In this document: positions 15,738-26,785 of the stretch, one piece after another
How the letters are laid out: every line of letters starts with the position of its first letter
Numbering within the stretch: position 1 is the first letter of the stretch
Source: Hyaloraphidium curvatum SAG 235-1
Taxonomy: Eukaryota > Fungi > Monoblepharomycota
Length of the DNA stretch: 64,000 nt
Direction: 5' to 3'
Assembly (NCBI GenBank): GCA_025558095.1
Contig: JAIVFI010000009.1
Span: 310,001-374,000, forward strand
Position numbers and translations under genes: made by a program
The notes under the pieces: model-generated
What the model was told of the DNA's origin: nothing
Database searches by the model: none
Seen by the model: only the letters and a program-made list of their open reading frames with translations

Positions 15738-15920
15738 GGGCCGTCCGAGGCTCGGGATGTGTATGGGTGAACGCTCAATTGATGACTAGAAATCCAGCAT
15801 AAAGTCCGAGTCCGGCCGCCAAAGTATGTACAAGATGCCAAATCGACGATCCCGCGCGTCAATGTCGTGTGAATGTACAGGTGGAGTTGTGGGGGCGAGC
15901 TTGGCCGCGCCCGCGCGTTG

Positions 15921-16498
15921 TCATGCGACGTCGCAGAGCAGGTTCCGTTCCTGGGCACCGCGTAGGACGAGGTCAGTCGCTCGACGGATGGACGAGCTAC
16001 GCCCGGCTCCCACCATGATGAACCGCCCCTCCTTGTACCGCTGGCTGCTCTCGCTGGCGTGCAGGTACTTCCAGCCGAGGATGGTGCAGCACGACTTGCA
16101 CAGGATGTCGCAGACGACGTGCGGGCCGGTGGTCATGATGCGCTCCGCGGGGGGACCTTCCAGCACGTTGTACACCCTGTCGAAGAGCCAGGCGCGGCCG
16201 TGGTGTCCTGTTCCGATGGAATCGGAGAGGTGGGGGATCGATCCATCAGTGCTGTTCGGCGGCGCGGGGGCGGCCACGGCCCACCCTGGAAGCTCTTCGA
16301 GATGACGTGGTGGTGCAGCGACAGGTGGATCCCGCAGGACGAGCAGGCGAGGATGCGGTGCTCGGGGTGGTAGTGGTGGCCGGGGAATGCGCGCGAGGGC
16401 GAGCCGAGGGGGGATGCGGGGTCGTCGTCGATCGATGCCCGCGAGTCCGAGTCCGAGTCGGACGGCGGGTCGAGGTACACGCGCTGTATGATGCCCAT
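15921..16498 (-). CDS. Yippee/Mis18-family zinc-binding protein (YPEL/Moh1-like)
   Basis: ACSSCGIHL..VISKSFQG|HHGRAWLF..ERIMTTGPHVVCDILCKSCCTILGWKY..SQRYKEGRFI. Confidence 0.92.
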
Positions 16499-16750
16499 CT
16501 GTGTTTCTGGGGTGTGGGCCGGTGCCGGGTGGCGGGGCTCCGGGATGTGGCTTCGGGCGCGGGCGGGGGCGGGGCGACAGGACGCCGCCCGGGATCGGCA
16601 GCCCGCGATGTGTGCGATCGGGGTGCCGCTCCCGGCGGCGGAAAAGGGGCGGACCGGGGGTGTCGTGACCTATCGGCTGCACACGGAGCTTGCGCCGGTG
16701 CGCTGCTGGCTGATCGCCTTCTGATCGGTTTCGTCGCGCAGGTGCGTCCG

Positions 16751-19661
16751 ATGTTCGGGGTGCGGCGCGGCGTGTGCCCGCGGCGGCCCCGGGCAGCCGA
16801 TGCGCGGCTCGCGGCGGCGACGTTTGTCGCGGCGGGCGGCGACGGCGCGGGGCAGCCGCCCGCGGCGCGCGTGTTCGGGCGGCTGCGCGGCCTGCTGGCG
16901 CTGCGGCACCCGCACGTCGCGCGGCTCGTCGACGCCGCAAAGGGCCGCCGCGACAGGCTGTACGCCGTGAGCGAGCACTGCGCGGACGACGCGGCGCGGT
17001 GGCGCGCCGCCTTCTCGGGCCACGCGCCGCTGCCCGCCGTGCGCGCCGCCGCATTCGAGCTGCTCGCCGCGCTCGTCTTCCTGCACGACAACGCCATCGC
17101 CGTCGGCAACCTGTCGGCACGCAACGTGCTGCTGGCCGGCGGCCCGGGCGCCGTCGACGCGTTCCCGCACCGCGTCAAGCTGGCGGCCTGGGCGCTCTGC
17201 CACGCTTCGGCCGGCGGCGCGGACGTGGCATTCCCCGTCACGGACCCATTCACGGTGCCGCCAGAGGCCGTCGCGGACCCGGGACACGTGCCGGACGCCG
17301 CGGCGGACGTGTGGGCCTTTGGCGTGCTGCTCGTCGAGCTGTGGACAGGCACCTTGCCGCTCTTTGCGCCCCCGGCGGCGCCGGATGAGGGACCCGACGC
17401 GTTCCTGGAGCGCATTCGCGCGTCGTTGGCCGCGGTGGCCGATTTGGCCGACGTGCCGGACCCGTCGGGCCCGCGCGCGGGCGGCCACCCGGCGCTGGAC
17501 GACTTTTTCGCCGACGCGTCGGTGGACCTGCAGCTGCGCGACCTCGCGGCGTCCTGCCTGCGGTGCGACCCCGCATCGCGCCCGTCTTCCGCGGAGCTCT
17601 TTTCCCACCCCTTTTTCGACGCGCACCCGGCACCGCGGGGCGTGCGCGACCCCGAGGATGCCGAGGCCTTTTCGGACCTGCTCGAGGACGACTTCCTCGA
17701 CGCCCCTCCCGCCGCCCCGCCGGACCCCGTGGCATGCCTGGACCTCGCCACGCTGTACCACCTGTGGCGCCTGGCCGGAGGCGACCTCGACGCCGAGCTC
17801 TCGCGGCAGGGCGCGCTGGCGTTCCACCCCGCCGTCGCCCGGGTGCCGCGGCTGGCGAGGCTGGCGGCGCAGCCCGAGGATGCGGCGGCGGACGCGGGCA
17901 TGTCCGATCCGGCGAGGGCGTTCTGCGACCGCGCGGCGGTGCTGGACACTTCGAGGCTCGAGGAGCGGCTGCGGCAAGCCGTCCCCGCGGCCAACGGGCC
18001 GGCGAAACCCCCGCGACGGACAGCGGAGCAGCGGGGCAGCTCGCCCTTCTATTGGGACGATCCGTTGCTGCTTGACAGATCGGGCGCGGGGAGGACGACG
18101 ACGGAGCTGGAGCGGGATCCGGTGCACCAGATGGCCAAGCTCGAGGAGTGGAGGGACCTGCTGCTCGCCTGGCCCGCAAACGCGGACGATATCGCCGCGG
18201 CTGCAAAGGGCGGCATCCCTCCGGTATGTCTGTCCCTCCTATCGCGCTTCTACCCACACGCTGACCTTCCCATCACGCAGCTCCTCCGAGGCCGCATCTG
18301 GGCCGCACTCCTGGGCATCCGCGGCGACCCCTCCGTCGCCTACGGCTTCCACGACCTCGCCGCCGACTCGGACGCCGACCGCCAGCTGGACCTCGACATC
18401 CCGCGCTGCCACCAGTACGACGACGCCATGGCCACGCCGCAGGGCCACGCGGCGCTGCGGAGGCTGCTCAAGGGGCTGCTGGCCGCCGAGAGGGGGAGGG
18501 TGGTGTACTGGCAGGGCATGGACTCGCTGGCGGCCACGTTCCTGTCCGTGAGCTGGGAAGACGAGGCGCTGGCCTTCTGCTGCTTCAGGGCGTTCGTGGA
18601 GAGGTACCTGGCGAGGTTCTTTGTGCACGACAATTCGACGACCATCCAGGAGTGGGTGGCGCGCGGGCAAGCCGCCGGCGGCGTGGCTTCTGACGCTCGT
18701 CCGGTACTGTTTCTAACCCACAGGTACATGATCTCGTTCCGGCACATCCTGTCGTACCACGACCCCGAGCTCTCCACTTACGCCGACCGCATCGGCCTGC
18801 AGCCGGACCTGTTTGCAATCCCCTGGTTCATGACGCTGTTTGCCCACGTCTTTTCGCTGGGCAAGGTTCACCATCTCTACGACAAGGTTCTCGTTGGGCC
18901 GCCGGGGCTGCCGCTCTTTGTCGGGGTGGGCGTGCTCAGGCAGATGCGTGACAAGCTGCTGGTGCGGGACTTCAACGACGTGCGTTCCACTTTGTCGCTC
19001 TTTGGCTCTCTGCTGACGTGCCGCACAGTGCATGCTCCTCTTTGCCGACCTCCCCGACACCATCGAAATCGACGCCTGCCTAGACGACTCCCTGCGCATG
19101 CTCCGCTGCACCCCGCCCACCCTCCTCCCCCCGGACCTCGCCCCCCGCAACCCGGACCCGACCGACCCCGCGTCGGTCGACCCGCTGCAGCGCAAGCGCG
19201 AGCTCGCAGGGCGCATCTCCCTCCCCGACGCCGCCGCGCAGCGGCAGCACGCGCTGCTCCTGGACGTCCGCGGGGAGGACAGCTGGACCACGGCGCACGC
19301 GCTCGGCTCCGTGGGGGTGTTCCCGCCGCGGCCGCAGGGGATCAGGGGGTGGCTGCACGCGGTCGGGGAGGCGTACGGCTACATCACGGTCGTAGGGGAC
19401 GAGGAGAACGACGGGATGGCGGTGGGTCGGCGGGCGTTCGCTTCGGTGGATGCTGCGTGCTGACGGCGTTCGTATGGACAGTTCTGCGAGGCGCTCGTCC
19501 GCGCGGGCTTTTCGCGCGTCGCGCTTCTTAATGCCCCCTTCGACGAGGTTGGAGCGAGGGGCGAGCTCCCCCTGTGCCCGTGCGAGGGCGCGGCGGAGGT
19601 CTACGGCTCGGGGGCCGAGCGGACTGTCGTTTTGAGGTGCCAAGGGGTCAATGTCCAGTAG
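16751..19661 (+). CDS. TBCK: TBC domain-containing kinase-like protein (pseudokinase + Rab-GAP TBC + rhodanese-like)
   Basis: LRHPHVARLVDAAKGRRDRLYAVSEHC; LYHLWRLAGGD; RQLDLDIPRCHQY; VVYWQGMDSL; PDLFAIPWFMTLFAHVF; LLLDVR. Start approximate. Confidence 0.9.
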
Positions 19662-19719
19662 CTGATCCATTCCCGCCCGAGATGGCACAATTAAACACTA
19701 GAGATACCCAAACAAAAGC

Positions 19720-22700
19720 TTACGTCACCGGGCACTGCGGAGGGGCAGCGATGAGCGAGGATCCGCGGATCAGTGACCTGACCGAAACGTACGGGCTCGA
19801 TGTGCCAGATCTCCCGGGCATAGTCCTCGATCGAGCGGTCCGAAGTGAATTTGCCCATTCCGGCGGTGCAGAGGAGCGACTTCTTGGCCCACGACGTCTT
19901 GTCCTTGTACGCCTCGCGCACGTGCTTGTGCGCCTCGAGGTACGAGTCAAAGTCGGCGTTGACGAGGTAGTAGTCGTTCTTCGGCTCGATCGTGTCTGGA
20001 GAACAGCGCGTTTAGAAGCCAGCCTGAGCAGGCGACCGAGGAAGCCCACTGAGCAGGGGGTCGAAGACGCGGCCGTCGCCGAAGGTGCCGTGGCGGATGA
20101 CATCGCAGACCTTGGCCACCTTGGGGTTCATCTGGTTCTGGCCGTTCCTGTTGGCCTGGCGGATGCCCTCGACCTCGGGCGTGAGCACGCCAAAGAAGAA
20201 GATGTTGTCTGCAGGGGAGGGTAGAAGCTCAGCACCTCCACGAAATACCAGCCCGGATGAATCCCACCCTTGCCGACCTCCTCGCCAATCTCAATGTTGG
20301 CGCCGTCGACGGTGCCGAGGATGATGCCGCCGTTGAGCACGAACTTCATGTTGGACGTGCCCGAGGCCTCGGTGCCGGCCGTCGAGATGTGTTGCGAGAT
20401 GTCGTTGGCCGGGATGATGACCTCGGCGAACGAGACGTTGTAGTTGGGCAGGAAAACGCACTTCATCACCGAGCTGACGTCGGGGTCGTTGTTGACCACG
20501 TTGGCGACCGAGTTGATGAGCTTGATGACGAGCTTGGCGATGAAGTAGCCCGGCGCGGCCTTGCCGCCCAGCATGACCACGTGCGGCGTCTCCTTGGCGC
20601 GCTCTTCCGGGGTCATGGCCTTGATCTCGAGATAGCGGTGGATGACGCCGAGGATGTTCATGAACTGGCGCTTGTACTCGTGGAGCCGCTTGACTTGGAT
20701 GTCGAACATGAAGGTCGGGTCCACCTCGACCCCGGTGGCCTGCTTGACGAACTCGGCGAGGCGGATCTTGTTGACGTGCTTGATGTCCATGATCGTCTTG
20801 AGCACCTCGGGATCGTCGGCGTACTTGCGGAGCTCGGCGAGCTTGTTGAGGTGCTTGAGCCAGTCGTCGTTGCCGAGCTTGGAGGTGATGAAGGACGAGA
20901 GCTTGGGGTTGCACTGGTTGAGCCAGCGGCGGGGGGTGACGCCGTTGGTCACGTTGACGAACTTGCCATCCCCGTAGAACTCGACAAAGTCCTTGAAGAT
21001 CTGCGGGGGCGAAGGATGCGTCAGCTCACCCTACACACTACTGCTCGTTTGACGGAGCCCACGGTGGTCTTGATCAGCTCAGAGTGGAGAGCCGCGACGC
21101 CGTTGACCTTGTGGGAGCCGACAATGGCCAGGTAGGCCATGCGGACGTACTGAGGGTAGCCCTCCTGGATCAGCGACATCCGGGCAAGGCGGTCGTTGTC
21201 GCCGGGGTAGCGCTTGCGGATCTCCTCGACAAAGTACTGGGGAGGATGATCAGCGAATGATGCGGCATCGCGAAGCAATCAGCCCACGTAGTTGATGTCG
21301 TAGATCAGCATCATGTGGCGCGGCAGCAAATCGGCAATCAGGGGCACGGCCCAGCGTTCCAGCGCCTCGGGCAACACGGTGTGGTTCGTGTAGGAGTAGG
21401 TGCTCGTCCTGTGGCGGGGTCCGTCACCGCGATGGCCGCTGCCTCCGGCTTCCCGTTACCCACACAATCTCCCAGGCCTCCTGGAACTCCAGACCCTCCT
21501 CGTCCACGAGAATCCTCTGCAGCTCCACCACGCCGATAACGGGGTGGGTGTCGTTGAGCTGGATCGACACCTGCGACGGGAAGTCCGACCACGGGCGGTT
21601 GGTCTTCTTAAAGCGGCGGATGATGTCCTGGAGCGACGCGCAGACGAAGAAGTACTGCTGCTTCAGGCGAAGAATCTTGCCCAGCATGAAGTTGTCGTTG
21701 GGGTACAGCACTGGTAGGTGGCGGACAGCGCTTAAGCAACGGGAAGCGAACGGCACGGTGGCGCTCACCGGCGGAGATGTTCTCGGCCGACTTCTGCTCC
21801 TCCACGGCACGGTCGTAGTTGCCCTCGTTGAACGACGAGAAGTCGAACTCCTTCTGGGGCTTGGCGCCCCACAGCCGGATGTTGATGCAGTTCTTGGTGT
21901 GGAACCCGGGGATAGGCACGTCGTAGGCCACGGCCAGCACACGCTCGCCGCCCTCCCAGTAGTGCTTGTCGTCCTCCTTCCGGACCCAGCCGCGGAACCG
22001 GACGTCGTATGTGACATCGGTACGCTCAATCTCGAAGGGGTTCCCGTAGGCGAGCCAGTAGTCGGGGACCTCGACCTGGTAGCCGTCGATGATCTTCTGC
22101 TTGAAGATTCCGTACTCGTACCGGATGCCGTAGCCCCAAGCGGCGTAGTCCAGCGTAGCAAGGGAATCTGAAGTCGACGATCGAAGGCAAGTCGAACACA
22201 AACCAATGACGCGTCAGCACCCCTCCCGGCACGTTGCCCGGACAAAACCCACCCATGTAGCAAGCAGCAAGGCGGCCGAGACCTCCGTTCCCGAGCGCCG
22301 CGTCCACCTCGTCGTTGATCAGGTCCTCGATCGTGAACCCGAGCTGGTCCAGTGCCTCCCTGAACTGCTCCTTAGCGCCCAGGTTCAGCATCGCGTTGTC
22401 GAAGAAGCGGCCCATGAGGAACTCGAGGGAGAGATAGTAGACACGCTTCGGGTCCTGGGAGGTGTGGAACTGCGGGTCGACGCGTCGGAAACACGCGGAT
22501 CAGTGGACGGCTTATGGCACAGATTGCGGGGCGCGGCGACCAACCTGCTGCGTCGCGTTCCAGCGGTCCACCAGACGGTCACGGACCGAAAACGCGGCAG
22601 CCTGGTAGGCCGCAAACTCGTCCATGTTGTACGCTTGGCGGGCCTGTTTGGGATCGGCGGGGATCGGCGTCAGCGCCCCGTGCAGCATGCTGATTGCCTG

Positions 22701-23053
22701 AGGCGACACCCACCAGGGTCTTGACGACATGGAAGCAGAACGACTTCTGGATGGCGTCGATACCTGCGGGGGGGCGCGATTCGCAGCGGGGCGGGCGGGC
22801 GGGGTTTCGGGGTGTTGGGAAGGTACGGCCAGACTCGTCAGGGCCAATCCCGACGCGAACCGCGCGTCGGCCCACTGTTGTCCTCGGGCGTGGTCCACTT
22901 CTGCCACAGCGGGAACGAGGCCTGCGGCGGCGTCCACCTGCTGGCCATGGTGGGCAGCACGCCGGTGAAGGAGCGCTTGAGGTCGCCCTTCGCGGACTTG
23001 CGCGAGACGGGGCCCGCGCCGGGGCCGCCGAGCGGCGACACGGGCGACGACAT
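19720..23053 (-). CDS. GPH1: glycogen phosphorylase
   Basis: [81 protein letters not shown]. Confidence 0.98.
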
Positions 23054-23338
23054 GGCCTGCGGGGGCGGAGAGGCGCGGCGCGCGAGATGTCGCGGGGCCC
23101 GCGGGGTGGCGCGTCAGTTGCGATTCGCCCCGCATGCAAATGCCGCGCGCCCGCAGCCCGGGATCACGCACGGCGCTGGCTCCGGCGACAAATGAAAGTC
23201 GCTAGGCGGCGGGGGCGCGCGAGATGCGGCGGGGATGGCCCGGGAAACCGCGTTCCTGGTGTCACAGGGTCCGGCCACAACTTGGGCCACAACAGAGACC
23301 TGATGTGCGCGAACTCCCGCACCAACCCAGCCCAGACC

Positions 23339-23695
23339 ATGACGTGGAGCCCGTTCCCGATCCCCACCGCGCCGGTGGACTTCGTGGACGGCCTGCGCAC
23401 GATCGCCGGGTCCGGCGATCCCGTCAGCCGCACCGGGCTCGCGATCCATGTCTACCTCTGCAACCGCTCGATGAAGGACCGGGCGTTCTATTCCGCGGAC
23501 GGGAACATGCTCATCCTGCCCCAACAAGGGACGTGGTGGTCCAGACCGAGCACGGGATGATGAGCGGGGCCGTCAACGAGTTCTGCGTTGTGCAGCGCGG
23601 GGGATCAAGTTCCGTGCCATGCTGAGGGGAGGCCTGCGAGGGGCTTTGTCTTCGAGTGCTACGAAGCTCATTACTCATTGCCTGATCTTGGGGTA
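23339..23695 (+). pseudogene. partial duplicate of the homogentisate 1,2-dioxygenase gene (copy of 37405-37764)
   Basis: First ~195 bp identical to the source; 3' half has frameshifting indels (-1, +2, -4); no upstream or downstream hmgA exons. Confidence 0.9.
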
Positions 23696-23734
23696 GGTTC
23701 GACCGGCCGGAATGCGCTGTCGAATATCTCATTT

Positions 23735-25711
23735 TCAATCAAGACATGAAGAGATCCTTCGCCTCTTTGCCTGCGACTGGGATGCAGAGGTGCGAGATCG
23801 TGTAGATCGACGTTGACCTGAGTTGCTCGGCAACGATGCCTGGGTCTCACGGGTACGAGACTTTGCGATGCCAAGTTGGCTTCTGTCTGCACCCGATCTG
23901 CGACGCTTCGAACCCTTCCAAGTCCGCTTCACTTCGTCAACCTCAATCTCCACGATCAATTCGATGTCATGCCGCGGCTGCAGCCACCGGTGCCGCGGCA
24001 AACGTTCCCAAGCGGCGTCCGAGTTTGGTTCGGCTGGCAAAACAGCCACGCGTCCGGGGGGAGCCGTAAACTGGGTCTCGGGGACAAAGTTCTCCTCCGG
24101 GTCCGAAGAAGGGACGTGCATATCGACGTCCCAAGCACAAAGACGCGGAGGGGATGATCGGCGGCGGCGGTCGGCAGGATCCAACTTATCAGAGAGCAAC
24201 CGATCACCCCACCACGGAGGCAATCCAGCAACGGAGCCTGCGCCATCATCGTCCTCAATCGAAGGAGGCACCATGTTGTGGGCTTCGAAAACTGCCGACC
24301 AACCGTCCTCAATTTGGCTGCCCAGGGGTACGGTGTGGATACCGGTCCCAACAGCTGGCGTCACCGGCGTGGCAGCAGAACTCGGGCCGGAGGCCGCCGC
24401 GCTCTTGACACCTCCGGGCGTACAGTGGTCCGCGATTGGTGGTGGTAGAGCGGCACGCGAGAAATGACGGGGAGGGAGTGAGTCCGGAACCACATCCTGA
24501 GAAACATCCAAGACAGGCATTATCAACACCGAGCTTGAAGGATTCGGCATGTCCTCTTGCGAAAGGCCGTTCGTCATCAGGTCGCGAAGCCCGGGAATCC
24601 GACCGCTTTCGGCATCACTGTCAGGAAAGGGTGCAGGATCTTCCTCCTGGAGCTGGGGCAAACTGTGCTGCGGAGACCAAGGCTCGCGGTCCTGAGGCTG
24701 CTGACCGGGCTCCATCCGGGACGAAGCCGCCGGGGAGCACGTCTGCTTCAGAGAATCGTCTGCCAACTGGGAAGCCACTGCTGCACAAGACTTTGCCTCC
24801 GGCACCACCGACGCCTGGCTTGCCGACTCGACGTCGGCGACCAGCTTCAAGGGCACGGAGGAAAACATGCAGTCCACGATATCGGCGTCGCCCGCGCGAG
24901 ACTTTGGGCTGGAAGGAATCACTCGCGAACTCTGCGTCTTGGGCGCTCCGCTTGATGTTCGCTTCGGCATCTGCCACACCCTCACGGGGGTCCGACTCGG
25001 TGGCGTTCTCTCGACGAAATGCACCGGAACTTGGGACAGTATCGGCGGCGGGCTCGAGGGCTCGCCGCGAGGCGCGAGGTTTTGGGTCTCGAAAAGCCCC
25101 TCCAATTCCGGTCCGTACTCCAGGCTCGGACCGTAGTCGCTCGAGGCTGCTTGAGATGCGCGGTGCCGGGCCTGGAAATCGATGGGCGCGTGTTGATCAC
25201 TGAGCCGAAAAGCCGTGGTCGCGAAGGTGAACGCGCCGCCTGGTGCTGCCGTCGCCCAGCCGGTCGAAGCCGAGTCCACGATGGACTCTTCGGCTGGGAC
25301 GGGCAGCGCGACACCGGGTGGACGCCGGGGGACGATGGAAGTGAGCGGAACGAGCCGCGCGGGGGAAACGGCTCCCGCTGCCGTAGTGAGCGTCGTCGCG
25401 GTGTGAAACGTCGCCGACGCCGCAGCGGTCCGAAAGGTACTGGCGCCGCCGTCATCGTCAGCTCCCGGAAAGAGTCCCGGCCGACTGGCGCCGTCCCATC
25501 GCGCCTCCGGCATCGGTTTCGCGCCGACCATTGAGCGGTTGAGACCCTCATTGAAGACCATGCGGCGGGCCGCGAAGCCGCGACGTCCCTTCCCGGCAAT
25601 TGGCGAGCGATGAAGGCTGATGCCACCGGGAGTAGGGAGAGAGCGCGGATGGCCCGCGTGGTTCGCGAGAATGGGGTCGTTGATTGGGTACGCCGGTCCC
25701 CGCCCGATCAT
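23735..25711 (-). CDS. hypothetical low-complexity Ser/Pro-rich protein
   Basis: 658-codon open frame with no recognisable domain; true start uncertain. Confidence 0.5.
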   Translation of the reverse strand: MIGRGPAYPINDPILANHAGHPRSLPTPGGISLHRSPIAGKGRRGFAARRMVFNEGLNRSMVGAKPMPEARWDGASRPGLFPGADDDGGASTFRTAAASATFHTATTLTTAAGAVSPARLVPLTSIVPRRPPGVALPVPAEESIVDSASTGWATAAPGGAFTFATTAFRLSDQHAPIDFQARHRASQAASSDYGPSLEYGPELEGLFETQNLAPRGEPSSPPPILSQVPVHFVERTPPSRTPVRVWQMPKRTSSGAPKTQSSRVIPSSPKSRAGDADIVDCMFSSVPLKLVADVESASQASVVPEAKSCAAVASQLADDSLKQTCSPAASSRMEPGQQPQDREPWSPQHSLPQLQEEDPAPFPDSDAESGRIPGLRDLMTNGLSQEDMPNPSSSVLIMPVLDVSQDVVPDSLPPRHFSRAALPPPIADHCTPGGVKSAAASGPSSAATPVTPAVGTGIHTVPLGSQIEDGWSAVFEAHNMVPPSIEDDDGAGSVAGLPPWWGDRLLSDKLDPADRRRRSSPPRLCAWDVDMHVPSSDPEENFVPETQFTAPPGRVAVLPAEPNSDAAWERLPRHRWLQPRHDIELIVEIEVDEVKRTWKGSKRRRSGADRSQLGIAKSRTRETQASLPSNSGQRRSTRSRTSASQSQAKRRRISSCLD

Positions 25712-25789
25712 GGTCCCGGCTCGAACGTAACTCTAGCTTTCTACCGCGAGCACTCGAGGTCCTAGTACGCGCTGCATCTACCATTCAGA

Positions 25790-26576
25790 TCACCGCGGCT
25801 TGGCGGGCTGCAGATCACCACCTGCGAGGAACAGCTCCAGGCTCTTCCTCGTTGGGAGGCAAGCCCCCAAGCACTGCATGAGCAGCGGCTCGCGGGTGAC
25901 TGCGCTCGTAAAGTCTGACAGAGAGACCTTTCCGTCCCTATCGTGATCCAGACGTCTGTGGACGAGGTCGACGAGCTCCCGAACGGCATCGTCCGCATCC
26001 TCCTGGCCGCCTCCTGGAGCCGGCAGGCTCGTCCGAAGGAGCGCAATCATCTCATCTTTCGAGAGGAAGCCATCTGCGTTCAGGTCGTATACGCGGAAGC
26101 AGAACCGGGGCTGTTCTGAAGGGCTCGTGAAGACCGCGAGCCCTCGAAGAGCTTCCTCCCAGCTGAGCAACCCATCCAAGTCGACGTCAAAAACCCGAAA
26201 CATCCGCTCCAAGATCAGAGTCTCCGATATTGGTGGGAAAGCATCGAGGAGAAGCTCTCTGAGGAGTGCCGTTCGCACGGCAACGTCCGTGGCGGCCAGG
26301 GGGCACATTCAACGGTCAGGCTCAGTCCGACAAGCTGCGGCTTAGACTTACCGGAACTTGACTCGCTCCATCTTCTGCGAGTTCGTCGAAAGACAGTCCA
26401 TGAATTTCTGTCTGAAGACTGCCTGTTGGTCCGTCGTGACTGCCGGGACACGGTTCACACGAGTTGGCAAGGTCCTTGCGACCGACATGTCGGACGACAA
26501 CCCCGGCAGCAATCTCACATGGAAGAGGAAGATCTGGAAATGCAGCCAGAGCCGCCTTGGCGCTTCCGGCGGCCAT
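25790..26576 (-). CDS. EFCAB1: calaxin / EFCAB1-like EF-hand protein (axonemal dynein-associated)
   Basis: ERMFRVFDVDLDG..FCFRVYDLNADGFLSKDEM..RLDHDRDGKVSLSDF..EPLLMQCLGACLP; 5' exons approximate. Confidence 0.8.
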
Positions 26577-26709
26577 GGTTTGCTGGGAATTGTGGGCAGA
26601 GTTCTGAGATAGAAGTTGGCCGCTCCTCATAATATGTGTGTTTTAAATGTCACGTTAGATCACCCATGTCACCCCGCGCGCGCGCCTAACCCGGCTATCA
26701 AAAATACGG

Positions 26710-26785
26710 GTGACTTTCCCAAACTATACTGCCGGCTGGCAGAGGTGACTTTCCAGAGCTATACCGTATAGCTCCGAAAAGTCAC
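26710..26785. promoter_or_regulatory. three copies of a ~20-bp motif GTGACTTTYCnnRnCTATAC (two direct, one inverted); candidate recombinase-binding array, mirrored near 31139-31215
   Basis: 26710-26729 gtgactttcccaaactatac; 26745-26764 gtgactttccagagctatac; 26766-26785 reverse complement gtgacttttcggagctatac. Function is inferred. Confidence 0.55.
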
